Positions 61,790-64,000 of a stretch of 64,000 nucleotides of DNA are shown in pieces. Source of the stretch: Macrostomum lignano (taxonomy: Eukaryota); assembly GCA_002269645.1 (NCBI GenBank), contig NIVC01000029.1:744001-808000 (forward strand), written 5' to 3'. Under the pieces are notes generated by a model. It was not told the origin of the DNA, did not search any database, and worked only from the letters and a program-made list of their open reading frames with translations. Positions within the stretch are counted from its first letter, which is position 1, and each line of letters begins with the position of its first letter. The position numbers were made by a program, and so were the translations under genes.

Positions 61790-62222
61790 CTGTCACTGAA
61801 AACAGTCACTACTGTCACTGTCACTGAATACAGTCACTACAGTCACTGTTACTGATATTACAGCACTGTCACTGATATTACAGTCACTGTCACTAAATAC
61901 AGTCACTACAGTCACTGTCACTGATATTACAGTCACTGTCACTGATATTACAGTCACTGTCACTGATATTACAGTCACTGTCACTGATATTACAGTCACT
62001 GTCACTGATATTACAGTCACTGTCACTGATATTACAGTCACTGTCACTGATATTACAGTCACTGTCACTGATATTACAGTCACTGTCACTGATATTACAG
62101 TCACTGTCACTGATATTACAGTCACTGTCACTGAATACAGTCACTACAGTCACTGTCACTGATATTACAGTCACTGTCACTGATATTACAGTCACTGTCA
62201 CTGATATTACAGTCACTGTCAC
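61790..62222. repeat. 21-bp minisatellite (cagtcactgtcactgatatta)
   Basis: Starts ~40 bp after the Ig exon-2 donor. Confidence 0.92.
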
Positions 62223-63104
62223 TGCTAGCAGTCATTGAAGACACTAAAAGAAAATGTATCTTATATTTATGTCCAAATAATAAATCATACTTTATAGAAT
62301 GAATCAGGCCCTAGAAAAACCATGGTTGGGCTAAAAATAGATTCAACAAGTTGCTGACACCAACATTACAAGAAAACATCAACAATCAAATTATTTCTAA
62401 GGATAATTTCACTAAAATTCAAATCTCAAAGAATATAGCTATTGAATAATTAATGAGCTGTATCCGATGACGTCACTCATACCAAGGCAACAATGTGAAA
62501 GGGAAAAGTGACAGTCAGTAGACTATTTAAGCTGGTTGAATAAATTTGATGCATGCAAATATGATTTGTCTCGAGTGGACACTTTAGAGACGTAGAAGGG
62601 AAGGATAGATGGAGCCATGTTATGTAATATCACTTTTACAGCTGGCTGCATATTAAGCCTGCTCATAAATAAAGCTTACATTCAGGTGACAAAGCTTTAC
62701 TACTAAAATAGTGATGCATATAGCGAAGCAAGGGAAGCATTTTTGATTGCGTCAGACATTTTAGTGAGTGCCAGGGTTTTTATATAAATTTAGCGTATCG
62801 ATACGTGTGTGCGAAAGGGAGGGTTTTGTCTCTAGACATGGTTTTTCGAAGCGTTAGAATCCTGGATGGACAGTTATTTAAGCTTTGGTCAATCATTTAC
62901 ATGCCGCTGCCGCCCATCCCCTCGGGGGGGGGGGAGTTGAGGATGGGGAAGGTCTCTAAGACGATGCAGTCATGTCTGATTGCTCTGCCGCAATGAACGA
63001 ACATCTGTCAGGGTAAAAATATAGATTTCTGACTTTCACTCTCTGTAGGAATTTGGAGGCTGATTTGTAGATTCTTAATGGGACCTTTAGGGTCGGGTGA
63101 GTTG

Positions 63105-64000
63105 GAGAGAAGAGAGGAGAGAAAGGTAGAGGAGAGGAGAGGAGAGGAGAGGAGAGGATAGAAGAGAAGAAAAGAGAAGAGAAGAAGAGAGAAGAGGAGA
63201 CAAGAGGAGAAGAGAGAGGAGAAGATAATGAGAGAGAAGGAGAGAAGAGAAGGAGAGTAGAGAAGAAGAGGGGAGAGAAGAGAAGGGGATGAGAGGAAAG
63301 GAGAGGAGAGGAGAGGAGAGGAGAGGAGAGGAGAGGAGAGGAGAGGAGAGGAGAAGAGAGGAGAGGAGAGGAGAGGAGAGGAGAGGAGAGGAGAGAAGAG
63401 AAGAGAAGAGAAGGAGAGAAGAGAAGGGGATGAGAGGAGAGGAGAGGAGAGGAGAGGAGAGGAGAGGAGAGGAGAGAAGAGAAGAGAAGAGAAGGAGAGA
63501 AGAGAAGGGGATGAGAGGAGAGGAGAGGAGAGGAGAGGAGAGGAGAGAAGGAGAGAGTAGAGGAGAGGAGAGAAGGAGAGAGTAGAGGAGAGGAGAGGAG
63601 AGGAGAGAAGGAGAGAGGAGAGGAGAGGAGAGGAGAGGAGAGGAGAGGAGAGGAGAGGAGAGGAGAGGAGAGGAGAGAAGAGAAGAGAAGAGAAGGAGAG
63701 AAGAGAAGGGGATGAGAGGAGAGGAGAGGAGAGGAGAGGAGAGGAGAGGAGAGAAGGAGAGAGTAGAGGAGAGGAGAGAAGGAGAGAGTAGAGGAGAGGA
63801 GAGGAGAGGAGAGAAGGAGAGAGGAGAGGAGAGGAGAGTAGAGGAGAGGAGAGGAGAGGAGAGGAGAGGAGAGAGGAGAGGAGAGGAGAGGAGAGGAGAG
63901 AAGAGAAGGAGAGAAGGAGAGAAGGAGAGAAGAGAAGGAGAGAGGAGAGGAGAGGATAGTAGAGAAGAAGAGAAGAGAGAAGAGAAGGAGAGAGGTGAGG
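63105..64000. repeat. (GAGAG)n polypurine tract
   Basis: Runs to the end of the window. Confidence 0.92.

Noticed and set aside
5230-62222. Apparent excess of unit lengths divisible by three
   Set aside because: About 14 of 30 versus ~10 expected; not convincing.

Overview
Eukaryotic (animal, most likely invertebrate; species not determinable) genomic DNA with five spliced genes, all on the + strand. They are: a TTC14-like S1/TPR protein with a very long RS-rich tail (5' end not found); a divergent DCAF15-like protein; a gamma-syntrophin; mitochondrial-type methionyl-tRNA synthetase (MARS2); and the first two exons of a nephrin/Kirre-like Ig protein. Exons were assembled by hand from GT-AG sites and reading phase; family calls rest on recalled motifs, with no database search. 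The dominant feature is that every intron over ~400 bp and every intergenic gap contains a tandem minisatellite array (~35 arrays, roughly half the window), while the three ~80-bp introns have none. Some satellite families recur in different genes. One array is built from splice-acceptor-like units and others carry homotypic TF motifs (kappaB, CCAAT, GATA). Also present: two tRNA-derived SINE families (two copies each), a foldback MITE, and a large interrupted inverted repeat in the first 3.5 kb with TSD-flanked insertions. Most long ORFs in the supplied track are repeat artefacts.
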